From: an uncultured Eubacteriales bacterium
GTDB taxonomy: Bacteria > Bacillota > Clostridia > Christensenellales > CALVMC01
Reading direction: 5' to 3'
Length of the DNA: 64,000 bases
Assembly: GCA_949296455.1 (NCBI GenBank)
Contig: CASFOZ010000003.1
Location: forward strand, 83,767-147,766
In this document: positions 1-9,238 of the stretch, piece after piece
Layout of the letters: each line of letters starts with the position of its first letter
Position numbering within the stretch: the stretch's first letter is position 1
The notes under the pieces: generated by a model
Told to the model about the DNA's origin: nothing
Seen by the model: the letters and a program-made list of their open reading frames with translations, nothing else
Database searches by the model: none
Program-made: the position numbers and the translations under genes

Positions 1-290
1 GGATTTCCGAAAAAGTTTTCGGCGACAAGAGCATAGGCTTTTCTGATATTTTTAACTTTTATAAAAGGAATATTTTCTTCCGAAATATTTTGAGCCATAA
101 CCGCTGCGGCTCCATTGTTTAAAGCAGTTTTAATATTGTTAACCGCCTGCGTTCCATTTTTCAGACATACGAATAAATCGTCTTTTTTTATTTCGTTGCA
201 GTTATGTTTTATTCCTTTTATTTTTAATTTTTCGTCAACGGTATTTTTTTCGCAATTTACATTAAATAAAAGTTCCTTTAAAGTTTTCAT
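1..290 (-). CDS. murE: MurE UDP-MurNAc-tripeptide ligase, N-terminal part (runs off window start; not in ORF track)
   Basis: ATG at 290 with GGAGG SD at 296-300; translates MKTLKELLFNVNCEKN...DDLFVCLKNG...NGAAAV...KVKNIRKAYALVAENFFGN, typical of a Mur ligase N-terminal domain; lies directly downstream of spoVD/ftsI in dcw order. Confidence 0.75.
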   Translation of the reverse strand, partial: MKTLKELLFNVNCEKNTVDEKLKIKGIKHNCNEIKKDDLFVCLKNGTQAVNNIKTALNNGAAAVMAQNISEENIPFIKVKNIRKAYALVAENFFGN

Positions 291-397
291 ATTTACCTCC
301 GATTTCATTAATTCTTTTGTAAATATTTCCTTTCAAAGGAACTTTTCTTTCGTTAAGTATTTTATTTTAAATTAAACCCGATAATAATCGAAATTAT

Positions 398-2308
398 TTA
401 ACCGCTCGCTTTTATCAAAACAACGCTGTTTACGCTTATTTCGCTCTGAGGCGCCGGAAATTGATAAGAAATAGTTCCGATATCCCCGTCAAGCTCATAT
501 TGCAAACCTAACTCTTTTAATTTTAAAATAGCCTGCGTAATACTCAATCCTCTTAAATCAGGCATAACGATTTTTTTACCTAAATTTGCAAGGTCTTCAT
601 CGGTATATACTGCTTCTATATTTTTATAAGCAAAAATATTTTTAAATATTTCCCCGACGTATGGCGCAGCCACTATACTGCCGTAATAGGCACCGTTGCT
701 AGGTTCGTCAACAATCATAAGTGCTATATATTGAGGATTATCGGCAGGTGCAAATCCTATAAAAGACGATATGTATTTTCCCTGTGCGATAACTCCGTTT
801 TCGTATTTTTGCGCTGTACCCGTTTTCCCGCCTATCCTATAACCTTCTACATATGCGTTTTTACCGCCACCGTTTTTTACAACCCCTTCTAATATGGTCC
901 GCATTGTTTCGCTGGTTTTTGCGCTTACGGTAGAATTCCTTATAGCAGGCGAATTTTTATACGCTACTTTCGAATTGCTTGTAATTTCGCTCATTATGTA
1001 AGGCGTCATTAAATTTCCGCCGTTTATAACCGAAGCTGCCGCCGTAATAAGTTCGATAGGAGTAACCGCAATAGCCTGACCGAAACCTATTCTTGCAAGG
1101 TCTACGGTTTTTACCGCACTTTCGTCTATAACTATACCGCTCGCTTCGCCTATTGCGTCTATGCCGGTTTTTGAACCTATTCCGAATTTTTTAAGATATT
1201 CGTAAAAAGTTCTTGTTCCGACAGTCTGTGCAATATCCATAAAAAGGCAGTTGCAGCTGTTTTCTACACCCTCGCTGAAAGTCTGACTTCCGTGCCCGAT
1301 TGTTCTCCAACATTTTATTCTTTGTCCGTCCACAATACGGTAACCGGGACAGTACACACTGTGATTAAGATTAAATTTACCGCTGTCAAGTCCTATCGCA
1401 GAAGTCAGAATTTTAAAAGTCGAACCCGGTTCGTATGCGTCGGAAATAATTGTGTTTCTCGACCCTTCGAAAAGTAATTCAAGATTATCTCTCGGTAAAT
1501 TATTCAAATCGAAACTCGGAGCGCTTGCAAGTGCAAGTATTTCTCCGGTATTAGGATTCATAATAATACATTTTGCGCTTTTCGCATTGTGCGCTTCGAG
1601 TGCTGTTTTAACGGCATTTTCGGCAAAACTCTGAATATAATAATCGATTGTAAGAGTTGCGTTCATTCCGTCAATGGCAGGTAAATATGTAGTGGTACTC
1701 CCGTCCAACTCCTTTCCTACAAGGTCTGTCTCGGTTAACGCCTTTCCGTTAACGCCTTTAAGATAATCGTTATAATATTGTTCTATACCCGACTGTCCTA
1801 CCCCGTCGCTGCTGGTAAAACCTAACACCTGTGTCAAAAAATCACCGTAAACGTAATAACGGTTAATATTCTGCGAGAAATATATACCTGCTAAATTTTT
1901 ATCCGCAATTTCCTGCATTACGCTTTTTTCTATCTTTTTTGCTATTGTTACTTCCGATACACCGGTTTTATTTACCTTTTCCCATATTTTATCGTAATCT
2001 GTATTTAATGCGGTAGCAAACAAATTGGCGACGGCCGAACGGTCTTCTATGGCGTTAGGTCTTATATAAACATCGTAAAGAGTGGAACTGTCTGCAAGAA
2101 CCACTCCGTTTCTGTCGGTTATTAAGCCTCTTTTTGCAGTCAGCGGGAGGTCACGCATCCATTGTTCCGCAGCTTTTACCTGCAAAGCTTCGGCTTGAAA
2201 AATTTGCAGATAAATAAGTCTTCCAAAAACCGCCGCAAATAAAAAAGTTATTAATATTACTATTATTAATAACCTTTTTCTTATGTTAAATTGGGAGAAA
2301 TTATGCAA
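398..2308 (-). CDS. spoVD: Class B penicillin-binding protein, SpoVD/FtsI type, with C-terminal PASTA domain
   Basis: N-terminal TM, RGLITDRNG motif, SxxK (STFK), SCN, KTGTAQ, C-terminal MPDLRGLS PASTA repeat; dcw position. Confidence 0.85.
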   Translation of the reverse strand: MHNFSQFNIRKRLLIIVILITFLFAAVFGRLIYLQIFQAEALQVKAAEQWMRDLPLTAKRGLITDRNGVVLADSSTLYDVYIRPNAIEDRSAVANLFATALNTDYDKIWEKVNKTGVSEVTIAKKIEKSVMQEIADKNLAGIYFSQNINRYYVYGDFLTQVLGFTSSDGVGQSGIEQYYNDYLKGVNGKALTETDLVGKELDGSTTTYLPAIDGMNATLTIDYYIQSFAENAVKTALEAHNAKSAKCIIMNPNTGEILALASAPSFDLNNLPRDNLELLFEGSRNTIISDAYEPGSTFKILTSAIGLDSGKFNLNHSVYCPGYRIVDGQRIKCWRTIGHGSQTFSEGVENSCNCLFMDIAQTVGTRTFYEYLKKFGIGSKTGIDAIGEASGIVIDESAVKTVDLARIGFGQAIAVTPIELITAAASVINGGNLMTPYIMSEITSNSKVAYKNSPAIRNSTVSAKTSETMRTILEGVVKNGGGKNAYVEGYRIGGKTGTAQKYENGVIAQGKYISSFIGFAPADNPQYIALMIVDEPSNGAYYGSIVAAPYVGEIFKNIFAYKNIEAVYTDEDLANLGKKIVMPDLRGLSITQAILKLKELGLQYELDGDIGTISYQFPAPQSEISVNSVVLIKASG

Positions 2309-2317
2309 TTTTAAGTT

Positions 2318-2944
2318 TTACCCTCCTACAACGCTTTCAATAAACTTGCAAAAACCGTCGAACCAGTCTAAGTTACTTTCAGCGCTGCTTTGTTCCTGGG
2401 TAGGTTGAACGCTTTCAACCGTTTGGCTCTCGCCGTTAACGGTCGCCACCATCATATCTTCCAGATTTGTAGGAATTGCCGGAAGACTTTCAATAACCTG
2501 TGCGTCGACATACTGATTTTGAGGTACAACAGTAGTTCCCGCAAAAGAAGTTGAAATAATAACCGTTAACAATATAGCCACCACAAGAATGTAAATCAGC
2601 AGCATAGCAAACTTTTGAACATTGCTGATATTTTTATCGTTTACCGAAGAAACGGATTTCTTTTGTAAACGAAAGTCCTGCAAAGATTTACTGTTTGTAC
2701 TAGTATATGTGCGTTCTTGCGGTATATTCCTTTGAAGCCTGTCATATAAATCGCTTTCATAATCGGTCATTCTTTTTTCCGAACCGACCGAACTTTCATA
2801 GCCGTAAGTGGAATCTGTATCGTATTTATCGGAAATATCGTTTTCGTTATCGTAATACGCATCGAAATTATTGAGCGAATTAAGATTGGCATATCCGCCA
2901 TATCTTTCCTGCTCGGTATTGATTTTTCTTCTCGTCATTACCAT
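2318..2944 (-). CDS. Single-pass membrane protein in the ftsL position
   Basis: Between rsmH and the PBP gene; one hydrophobic segment (FAMLLIYILVVAILLTVII); G-rich SD upstream. Confidence 0.6.
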   Translation of the reverse strand: MVMTRRKINTEQERYGGYANLNSLNNFDAYYDNENDISDKYDTDSTYGYESSVGSEKRMTDYESDLYDRLQRNIPQERTYTSTNSKSLQDFRLQKKSVSSVNDKNISNVQKFAMLLIYILVVAILLTVIISTSFAGTTVVPQNQYVDAQVIESLPAIPTNLEDMMVATVNGESQTVESVQPTQEQSSAESNLDWFDGFCKFIESVVGG

Positions 2945-2948
2945 AAAT

Positions 2949-3890
2949 TTATTCCCCCTTGATTATTTGAGCTATTCTTAATTTTGCGCTTTGCGCTCTT
3001 TTATTTTCCGTACATTCCCTTACGGAAGGAAGCAAAGGTTTTTTTGTTATTATTTCTATTTCCTTTCTTTTATTACAAACGCACACCGGTGCGTTTTTAT
3101 CACATATACAATTACATTCAAGATATTTAAAAGCATTTTTAACGGCTCTGTCTTCCAAAGAATGAAAACTTATAATACACAGTCTTGCTTTGTTTTTCAT
3201 TTGTCTTGCTATACCGATAATAAAATCTTCAAGACCTTTAAGTTCGCCGTTTACTTCTATTCTTACGGCTTGGAATACCTTTTTACAAGGATTACCAGCT
3301 TTTCTCTTTACCGATTCCGGTAAACATTTATCTATTATCGCTGCAAGTTCAGCCGTAGTATCTATGCTTTTAATTTTTCTATATTCAATAATTTTAGAAG
3401 CTATTTTTTTTGCAAAACTTTCTTCCCCGTATTCATAAAAGATTTTAACGAGTTCCTCTTTTGAATATTCGTTTATAACTTCTTTTGCCGAAAGACTTTG
3501 TCTTCTATCCATTCTCATATCCAAAGGAGCGTCTTTGATATATGAAAAACCTCTTTCAGCATTATCAATCTGATAAGACGAAATTCCCAAATCGATAAGT
3601 ACGCCGTCCGGTTCTATACCGTTATCCTTTAAATAAGTTAAAGAATTTTTGAAATCGTCTCTTATAAAAGTTATTTTATCCGAATATTTTTCAAGGTGCT
3701 TTTTGCAATAATCTATTGCATCTCCGTCTTTATCGTAACCTATCAATCTTCCTTTTTCGTCAAGTTTTTTAAGGATTTCACTGCTGTGTCCTCCACCGCC
3801 TAAAGTTAAATCGAGATAGGTTCCGTCAGGTTTTATATTAAGACCGTCGATACATTCTTTCAGCAGAACCGGTTTGTGTGAAAACTCCAT
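2949..3890 (-). CDS. rsmH: 16S rRNA m4C1402 methyltransferase RsmH (MraW)
   Basis: HKPVLL, DLTLGGGGHS, DLGISS, LDMRMD, FQAVRIEVN, ISFHSLED, SAKLR motifs. Confidence 0.97.
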   Translation of the reverse strand: MEFSHKPVLLKECIDGLNIKPDGTYLDLTLGGGGHSSEILKKLDEKGRLIGYDKDGDAIDYCKKHLEKYSDKITFIRDDFKNSLTYLKDNGIEPDGVLIDLGISSYQIDNAERGFSYIKDAPLDMRMDRRQSLSAKEVINEYSKEELVKIFYEYGEESFAKKIASKIIEYRKIKSIDTTAELAAIIDKCLPESVKRKAGNPCKKVFQAVRIEVNGELKGLEDFIIGIARQMKNKARLCIISFHSLEDRAVKNAFKYLECNCICDKNAPVCVCNKRKEIEIITKKPLLPSVRECTENKRAQSAKLRIAQIIKGE

Positions 3891-4285
3891 TAATCTTCAA
3901 CCTTATCAAGACCGTATAATTTTTCAAACTCTTCTGCACTGTATAAAACGATTTTATTAAACAAACCTACGAAAACGATGTCTTTTTTTATTTTGGCATA
4001 GTTTCTGAGATTTTCGTTGAGTACGAATCTTCCTTGTGCGTCTTCAATAATTTCTTGCACGTTTACCATAAATCTAACGGCTTTTTTCATTGATTCGGCA
4101 TCTTTTTCAGATTGATTTTTAATATCTTCGAGATAAGTTTCGGCTTCCGAATTAGAATAAATTCTGAGTTCACCGAACTTTCCCGGCATAATATAAGGTT
4201 TTTCGCCAAGCTCCTGTCTGAGTTTAGCGGGAAGTCTTATTCTGAACTTATCGTCCATTTGCAATCTGTAATGACTTGCAAGCAT
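3890..4285 (-). CDS. mraZ: MraZ division/cell wall transcriptional repressor
   Basis: Two DxxxR AbrB-like repeats (DDKFRIRLP, DAQGRFVL); immediately upstream of rsmH. Confidence 0.88.
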   Translation of the reverse strand: MLASHYRLQMDDKFRIRLPAKLRQELGEKPYIMPGKFGELRIYSNSEAETYLEDIKNQSEKDAESMKKAVRFMVNVQEIIEDAQGRFVLNENLRNYAKIKKDIVFVGLFNKIVLYSAEEFEKLYGLDKVED

Positions 4286-4316
4286 AAGTAACCTCCTTGT
4301 TTAACCTTATGTAGAA

Positions 4317-4360
4317 ATTTTAGCATAAAATTTAACCATTTTCAACCACTATTAACCATT
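4317..4360 (-). promoter_or_regulatory. dcw promoter (extended -10 TGcTAAAAT) with three 10-bp-period direct repeats, probable MraZ operator
   Basis: Minus strand reads AATGGTTAAT-AGTGGTTGAA-AATGGTTAAA (4360-4331), then TGCTAAAAT. Confidence 0.7.
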
Positions 4361-4523
4361 TTTGCGTTCATTTTAAACTTTTTTTGGGATTTTAATAACT
4401 TTTTTATTAAAATTATCTTTAATTTTTCCGAACTTAAAACAAATGTTTCAAAAAAACAAAAAATACGCCTTAATTGCGTATTATTTTTCGTGTTTATTTT
4501 ATAAAATCTTTTAAAATATAATA

Positions 4524-5216
4524 TTAATATAGTTTTATCAGCTTATTTCCCGTTAAATCGCATGAGGTCAGAATATACTTTGTTCCGAACTTATCGACGA
4601 CCGATTGTGCCCTGCATTGCTTTCCGTGTAGATGACCGTAAACTACTTTTTCCACTCCGTATTGCCTTATGGTCATTACAAGTTCGGATGCGTTATAATT
4701 CACATCAAAAGGCGGGTAATGAATAAGTACTACGACGGTATCATCGGCTTCTTTTATTTTAACGGCTTCATCGAGTGCAAGTTTAAGTCTTCCGACTTCC
4801 CTTTTATATATTTTTATGTCGTCAGAAGAACTTTGTTTCGTAGGAATAGTCCATCCTCTTGTTCCGCAGAAAACGAAATTATTTATTTTTACCGCATTGT
4901 TTTGAAGAGGTATTATGCTATCTCCGCAGATATTTTTTACTTTATTAAGACTTGCCCACCAATAATCGTGGTTTCCCTTTATAATTATTTTTTTCCCGTT
5001 TAATTTTTCTATTTCATTCAAATCGGTTTTGGCTTCTTCGATATTCATAGCCCACGAAATATCGCCCGCAATAAGGACAACATCGTCATTTTTAACTTTG
5101 CTTTGCCAATCTTCTTTTATACGGTCGAAATGGCCTTCCCAATCGCCGCCGAAAACATCCATGGGTTTATCTGTGGAAAATGATAGGTGTAAATCACTTA
5201 TTGCGAAAACATTCAT
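4524..5216 (-). CDS. Calcineurin-like metallophosphoesterase
   Basis: DLH, GDIS, GNHD, HYPP, GHLH motifs. Confidence 0.9.
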   Translation of the reverse strand: MNVFAISDLHLSFSTDKPMDVFGGDWEGHFDRIKEDWQSKVKNDDVVLIAGDISWAMNIEEAKTDLNEIEKLNGKKIIIKGNHDYWWASLNKVKNICGDSIIPLQNNAVKINNFVFCGTRGWTIPTKQSSSDDIKIYKREVGRLKLALDEAVKIKEADDTVVVLIHYPPFDVNYNASELVMTIRQYGVEKVVYGHLHGKQCRAQSVVDKFGTKYILTSCDLTGNKLIKLY

Positions 5217-5231
5217 AATTTGATTATACCA
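5217..5231 (-). promoter_or_regulatory. Extended -10 promoter TGgTATAAT 6 nt before ATG (probable leaderless start)
   Basis: TGGTATAAT-caaatt-ATG; no SD. Confidence 0.6.
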
Positions 5232-5253
5232 CGACTTAAATTATTTAAAAAGC

Positions 5254-5280
5254 GAAAAGAGGGCTTTTGCCCTCCTTTCT
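5254..5280 (-). terminator. Probable intrinsic terminator after the Cys-rich gene
   Basis: gaggg-ctttt-g-ccctc stem-loop with T-rich flank on the minus strand. Confidence 0.5.
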
Positions 5281-5304
5281 TAAAATTTATACCTAATATT
5301 GCCC

Positions 5305-5952
5305 TTACCTGCAAGTCATATCCGAAGGGAACAGCGGTAAATCGAAGAAGCTGTCGCAAACTTCTTCTTTAAATTCCTGACAAGGCGGAATAAAACAGTA
5401 TCCGTAACTCGGAACAAGAAGTTCAACATCCATAACCACTTTCATAATTACCGTAGTGCAGCTTGTTATGCTGAAAGCATTACTGCCGGAATACACGCCT
5501 TCGGGACTGACTAAGTTAACAACTGCCTCGATTTCGTAAGGCATTACCGACGGCTGAGCAATATGTAATACTACATCCTTATTAACGGTTATAGTTCCGT
5601 TACCTTTACCCTCCGTTCCGTTAGCGTCTACAAAAACTACTTCTACGGGAATGATTACATCGCATCTGATTCTTGCACAACCGGAACGGTCAGTAAGTTT
5701 ATCTATTGTCATATTGGTAATCAAACCGTTTGACGAAGTGCTTTTTGCGCTTACAAACGTATAAGGTTCAACTAACCCTTGCGGTGTAATATTAGTTAAA
5801 GTAACTGTCTGACCGGTTAAAGTTTCTTGTTTTACACAGGCGTCGAAAACCTTTTTAGTTTGTATACACACTTTCTCGCATAAACCATTCAGAGGATTGC
5901 CGGTAATTAATCCGGGCATTCTATCAGGTCTCAAATTGTTTGAAAATGCCAT
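5305..5952 (-). CDS. Cys-rich hypothetical protein, candidate spore coat/exosporium protein
   Basis: Strong AAGGAGGTGA SD; CEKVCIQTKKVFDAC and YGYCFIPPC..C motifs; sigK-like promoter upstream. Confidence 0.55.
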   Translation of the reverse strand: MAFSNNLRPDRMPGLITGNPLNGLCEKVCIQTKKVFDACVKQETLTGQTVTLTNITPQGLVEPYTFVSAKSTSSNGLITNMTIDKLTDRSGCARIRCDVIIPVEVVFVDANGTEGKGNGTITVNKDVVLHIAQPSVMPYEIEAVVNLVSPEGVYSGSNAFSITSCTTVIMKVVMDVELLVPSYGYCFIPPCQEFKEEVCDSFFDLPLFPSDMTCR

Positions 5953-5982
5953 ATTTTCACCTCCTTGAAAACTATACTAATG

Positions 5983-6011
5983 TATATTATGTCACCGAAC
6001 ACTTAAATGTG
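5983..6011 (-). promoter_or_regulatory. SigK-type (mother-cell sporulation) promoter
   Basis: cACA-16 nt-CATAATATA matches the sigK consensus mACA-N16-CATAnnnTA. Confidence 0.6.
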
Positions 6012-6193
6012 ATAATATGACGGTTGTTATATGCAAATCGAAAGCGTAAATCAAAAACGTGAATATTAAATTCATAACGAATAATTATAATAACTATTTT
6101 GTAATTTTATATAAAGACGAAAAAAAATTAAAATAAAAATATTTAAATTTGGAATAATAAAAATATTTATTTGAATTTATCGGTTTTAAATGT

Positions 6194-6778
6194 TTAATTA
6201 ATTAAAATTTGTTCGATTCTGTCTAAAAGAAGATTTACCCCTTCTTTTTTCAAAGCAGATGTAACTATAATATTATCTGAACCTATTCGTAAAGCAGACG
6301 CAATATTCTGAACGGATTTTTTTATTGCTTCCTTTTTAAGTTTATCGGCTTTTGTCACAACGCAAGTAAAAGGAATATTATAGTGTGAAAGAAAATTTAT
6401 CATTTTAAAGTCGTTTTCGGAAGGTTCCCTTCTTATATCCAAAAGAAGAAATACGTTTTTAAGGTTTTTATTATTTATAAGATAAGCTTCTATCAAAGTA
6501 CGCCATTTGGCAATTTCGCCTGCCGGAGCTTTTGCAAAACCGTATCCCGGAAGGTCGACAAGTAAAAATTCTCCGTTTATATCGAAATAATTGACAAGCC
6601 TCGTCCTGCCCGGCGTCTGTGAAGTTTTTGCAAGATTTCTGTTATTTGTTATAAGATTTATAAGAGAACTTTTACCTACGTTACTTTTCCCGACAATTGC
6701 AATTTCCGACTTATTAAAGTCGGAAATTTTAGAAGGGTCGGCAACCGATATCAAAAATTGTGCTTTTTTTATTATCAT
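6194..6778 (-). CDS. engB: Ribosome biogenesis GTPase EngB/YsxC/YihA
   Basis: GKSNVGKSS, SQTPGRT, DLPGYG, TKADK; follows lon. Confidence 0.95.
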   Translation of the reverse strand: MIIKKAQFLISVADPSKISDFNKSEIAIVGKSNVGKSSLINLITNNRNLAKTSQTPGRTRLVNYFDINGEFLLVDLPGYGFAKAPAGEIAKWRTLIEAYLINNKNLKNVFLLLDIRREPSENDFKMINFLSHYNIPFTCVVTKADKLKKEAIKKSVQNIASALRIGSDNIIVTSALKKEGVNLLLDRIEQILIN

Positions 6779-9075
6779 ATTCTGTTAAGTGAATTTCTGA
6801 ACACTGTATTAATATTATCGGCATAAATAATATGCAACTGGCTCAATACCGATTTCGGAATTTTATCCATATCTTTTTGATTTTCTTCGGGAAGAATTAC
6901 CGTATCGATACCTGCTCTGTATGCTGCAAGTAATTTTTCTTTAAGACCGCCTATCGGAAGAACCTTTCCTCTCAAGGTAATTTCTCCCGTCATTGCAACA
7001 TTGCTTTTTATAGTTCTTCCGGTAAAGGCCGATAAAACGGCTGTTGCAATAGTAATACCTGCAGAAGGACCGTCTTTAGGCACTGCACCTTCGGGAACAT
7101 GAATATGTATATCGGTTTTTTCGAAATCTTTTTCGTCTATTCCGTAATCTTTAGAATTTGCTTTAATAAGAGAAATAGCCGTTCTTGCCGATTCTTTCAT
7201 TACATCTCCCAAATGGCCGGTAAGAATAATATCGCCTTTTCCGTTCATAAGAGTTACTTCTATCGAAAGTGTATCTCCGCCGAAACTCGTCCAAGCAAGA
7301 CCTGTTGCGCTTCCTACTTCGTCTTTACCGCTGACCTTGTTATAATCGTATAAGCGAACTCCTAATAGTTTGCCTAATTCCGTTTCGTCGATAGTAATAC
7401 TTTTAAGTCTCGGATTTTCTATAACCTTTCTTGCAATTTTTCTGCAAAGGCTTTTAACCTGTCTTTCAAGACCTCTGACTCCCGATTCTCTAGTATAATA
7501 GTTAATCATATCGTTTATTGCTTCATCGGTAAGGTTAATATCGTAATCTCCTAAACCGTGTTCTTCTTTTTGTTTCGGGAAAATAAAATGTTTCAATATT
7601 TCGGCTTTTTCTTCATAAGTATAACCCGTCATTTCTATAACTTCCATTCTGTCAAGAAGCGGAGGACTTACGGTTTGAAGAGTATTTGCCGTTGCAATAA
7701 ACAAAACTTTTGAAAGGTCAAAAGGAAGTTCCAGATAATTATCTCTGAAAGTTTTATTCTGTTCCGGGTCCAAAACCTCTAAAAGCGCACTCGAAGGGTC
7801 ACCTTTGATATCGCTGTTGATTTTATCGATTTCATCGAGCAGTATTACGGGGTTAACGCTCCCTGCGTTTTTTATGGCAGTGATAATTCTACCCGGCATC
7901 GAACCGATATAAGTTCTTCTGTGCCCCCTTATTTCAGCCTCGTCCTTAACTGCGCCTAGACTTATTCTCGTATACTTACGACCTAAAGCACGGGCAATGG
8001 ATTTTGCTATACTTGTTTTACCGATTCCGGGAGGGCCTGAAAGGCATAATATAGAACCTTTATTGGATTTTGCAAGCGCCCTTACCGAAAGATATTCCAA
8101 AATTCTTTCCTTTACCTTATCGATACCGTAATGGTCTTCGTTAAGAATATTTTTTGCCTTCTTGATATCGAAAGTATCTTCGGTTTCTATTCCCCAAGGA
8201 AGTTCGAAAACCAAATCGATATAATTTCTTAAAATACTTGCCTCAGCCGAAGCAGATTGCATTTTCTGTAACGACTTTATGTGTTTTAATATCTTTGCTT
8301 TATTTTCGTCGGTTGTTTTAAGAGAATTTGCTTTTTCTATAAGTTCTTCTTCATCTTCATCGACATCGCCGAGTTCTTCTCTAATAACTTTAAGCTGTTC
8401 TCTCAAATAAAAGTCCTTTTGATTTTTATTGACACGCTCATTTATTTTTTTGATTATGGTGCTGTCTATTTTAGCGATTTCAATTTCATTGACAAGAGCT
8501 GCGGCAACCATTTCAAGACGGATAAGCATATCTTCTTCGTCTAAAAATACCTGACGAGGAAAATTGTATAAGATTTCCGCTATTTTATTGGCTTTGGCAT
8601 TCGGACTTACCGTAGCCATAACGTTTTTATATTTATCTCTGCTTATTTTATCGGTTATTCCGGAAAGGTCGGTAAATAACTTTGAAATTTTTCTGTCAAG
8701 AGCTTCGAGTTCTATCTCGTTATCGCAAAAATATTCAAAAGGCAAAACCTTAGCCTTGTAAAAATCTCCCGAAGGATAACACTCGATAAGTCTTGCAGCA
8801 TAAACCCCTTCAAGCAAAACCCTTGCTACGTTTCCAGGAAGTTGTAATATGCTTTTAATCCTGCATACGGTACCGACATTTTCTATATTTGAAAATTCAA
8901 GTACTTCTTCTCCGTCGTTAATCTGCCCTGAAATAAATACATAGTCTTCGAGTCCGTGGGCATGAATAAGCGCCGCTACCGATTTTTTCCCTGAAATATC
9001 GAGATGGGCAACGGTATCCGGAAGTACTACAAAGTTTTTAATAGTAATTAAATCAAGTTCTTCTGTTTTAATCAT
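6775..9075 (-). CDS. lon: ATP-dependent Lon protease
   Basis: GPPGIGKT Walker A, LLDEIDK Walker B, PKDGPSAG catalytic Ser, GGLKEK catalytic Lys. Confidence 0.97.
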   Translation of the reverse strand: MIKTEELDLITIKNFVVLPDTVAHLDISGKKSVAALIHAHGLEDYVFISGQINDGEEVLEFSNIENVGTVCRIKSILQLPGNVARVLLEGVYAARLIECYPSGDFYKAKVLPFEYFCDNEIELEALDRKISKLFTDLSGITDKISRDKYKNVMATVSPNAKANKIAEILYNFPRQVFLDEEDMLIRLEMVAAALVNEIEIAKIDSTIIKKINERVNKNQKDFYLREQLKVIREELGDVDEDEEELIEKANSLKTTDENKAKILKHIKSLQKMQSASAEASILRNYIDLVFELPWGIETEDTFDIKKAKNILNEDHYGIDKVKERILEYLSVRALAKSNKGSILCLSGPPGIGKTSIAKSIARALGRKYTRISLGAVKDEAEIRGHRRTYIGSMPGRIITAIKNAGSVNPVILLDEIDKINSDIKGDPSSALLEVLDPEQNKTFRDNYLELPFDLSKVLFIATANTLQTVSPPLLDRMEVIEMTGYTYEEKAEILKHFIFPKQKEEHGLGDYDINLTDEAINDMINYYTRESGVRGLERQVKSLCRKIARKVIENPRLKSITIDETELGKLLGVRLYDYNKVSGKDEVGSATGLAWTSFGGDTLSIEVTLMNGKGDIILTGHLGDVMKESARTAISLIKANSKDYGIDEKDFEKTDIHIHVPEGAVPKDGPSAGITIATAVLSAFTGRTIKSNVAMTGEITLRGKVLPIGGLKEKLLAAYRAGIDTVILPEENQKDMDKIPKSVLSQLHIIYADNINTVFRNSLNRI

Positions 9076-9110
9076 AAACTAATTATAACGCAAACGAAAA
9101 ATTTTTGCAA
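9076..9110 (-). promoter_or_regulatory. SigA promoter of lon, probable leaderless transcript
   Basis: TTGCAA-17-TATAAT-tagttt-ATG; no SD. Confidence 0.65.
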
Positions 9111-9180
9111 TAGTAAGCTGAGTTTCTTTTAACAAAATTTACCTGTCGAACTTTATTTATTTAAACATAAACTTTTAAAA

Positions 9181-9210
9181 ATGAAAAAGCCTTTTTTAGG
9201 CTTCTTCATT
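9181..9210 (-). terminator. Probable terminator after peroxiredoxin
   Basis: atgaaaaagcct-tttt-t-aggcttcttcat imperfect inverted repeat. Confidence 0.45.
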
Positions 9211-9238
9211 TTAAATATTATATCTTATATTTTTACTC

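Noticed and set aside
115-375. 86-aa plus-strand ORF
   Set aside because: Antisense shadow of the murE N-terminus, which has an SD and recognisable homology on the minus strand.
9144-9150. Perfect Spo0A box TGTCGAA upstream of the lon promoter
   Set aside because: A single 7-mer is expected by chance several times in 64 kb, and there is no second box.
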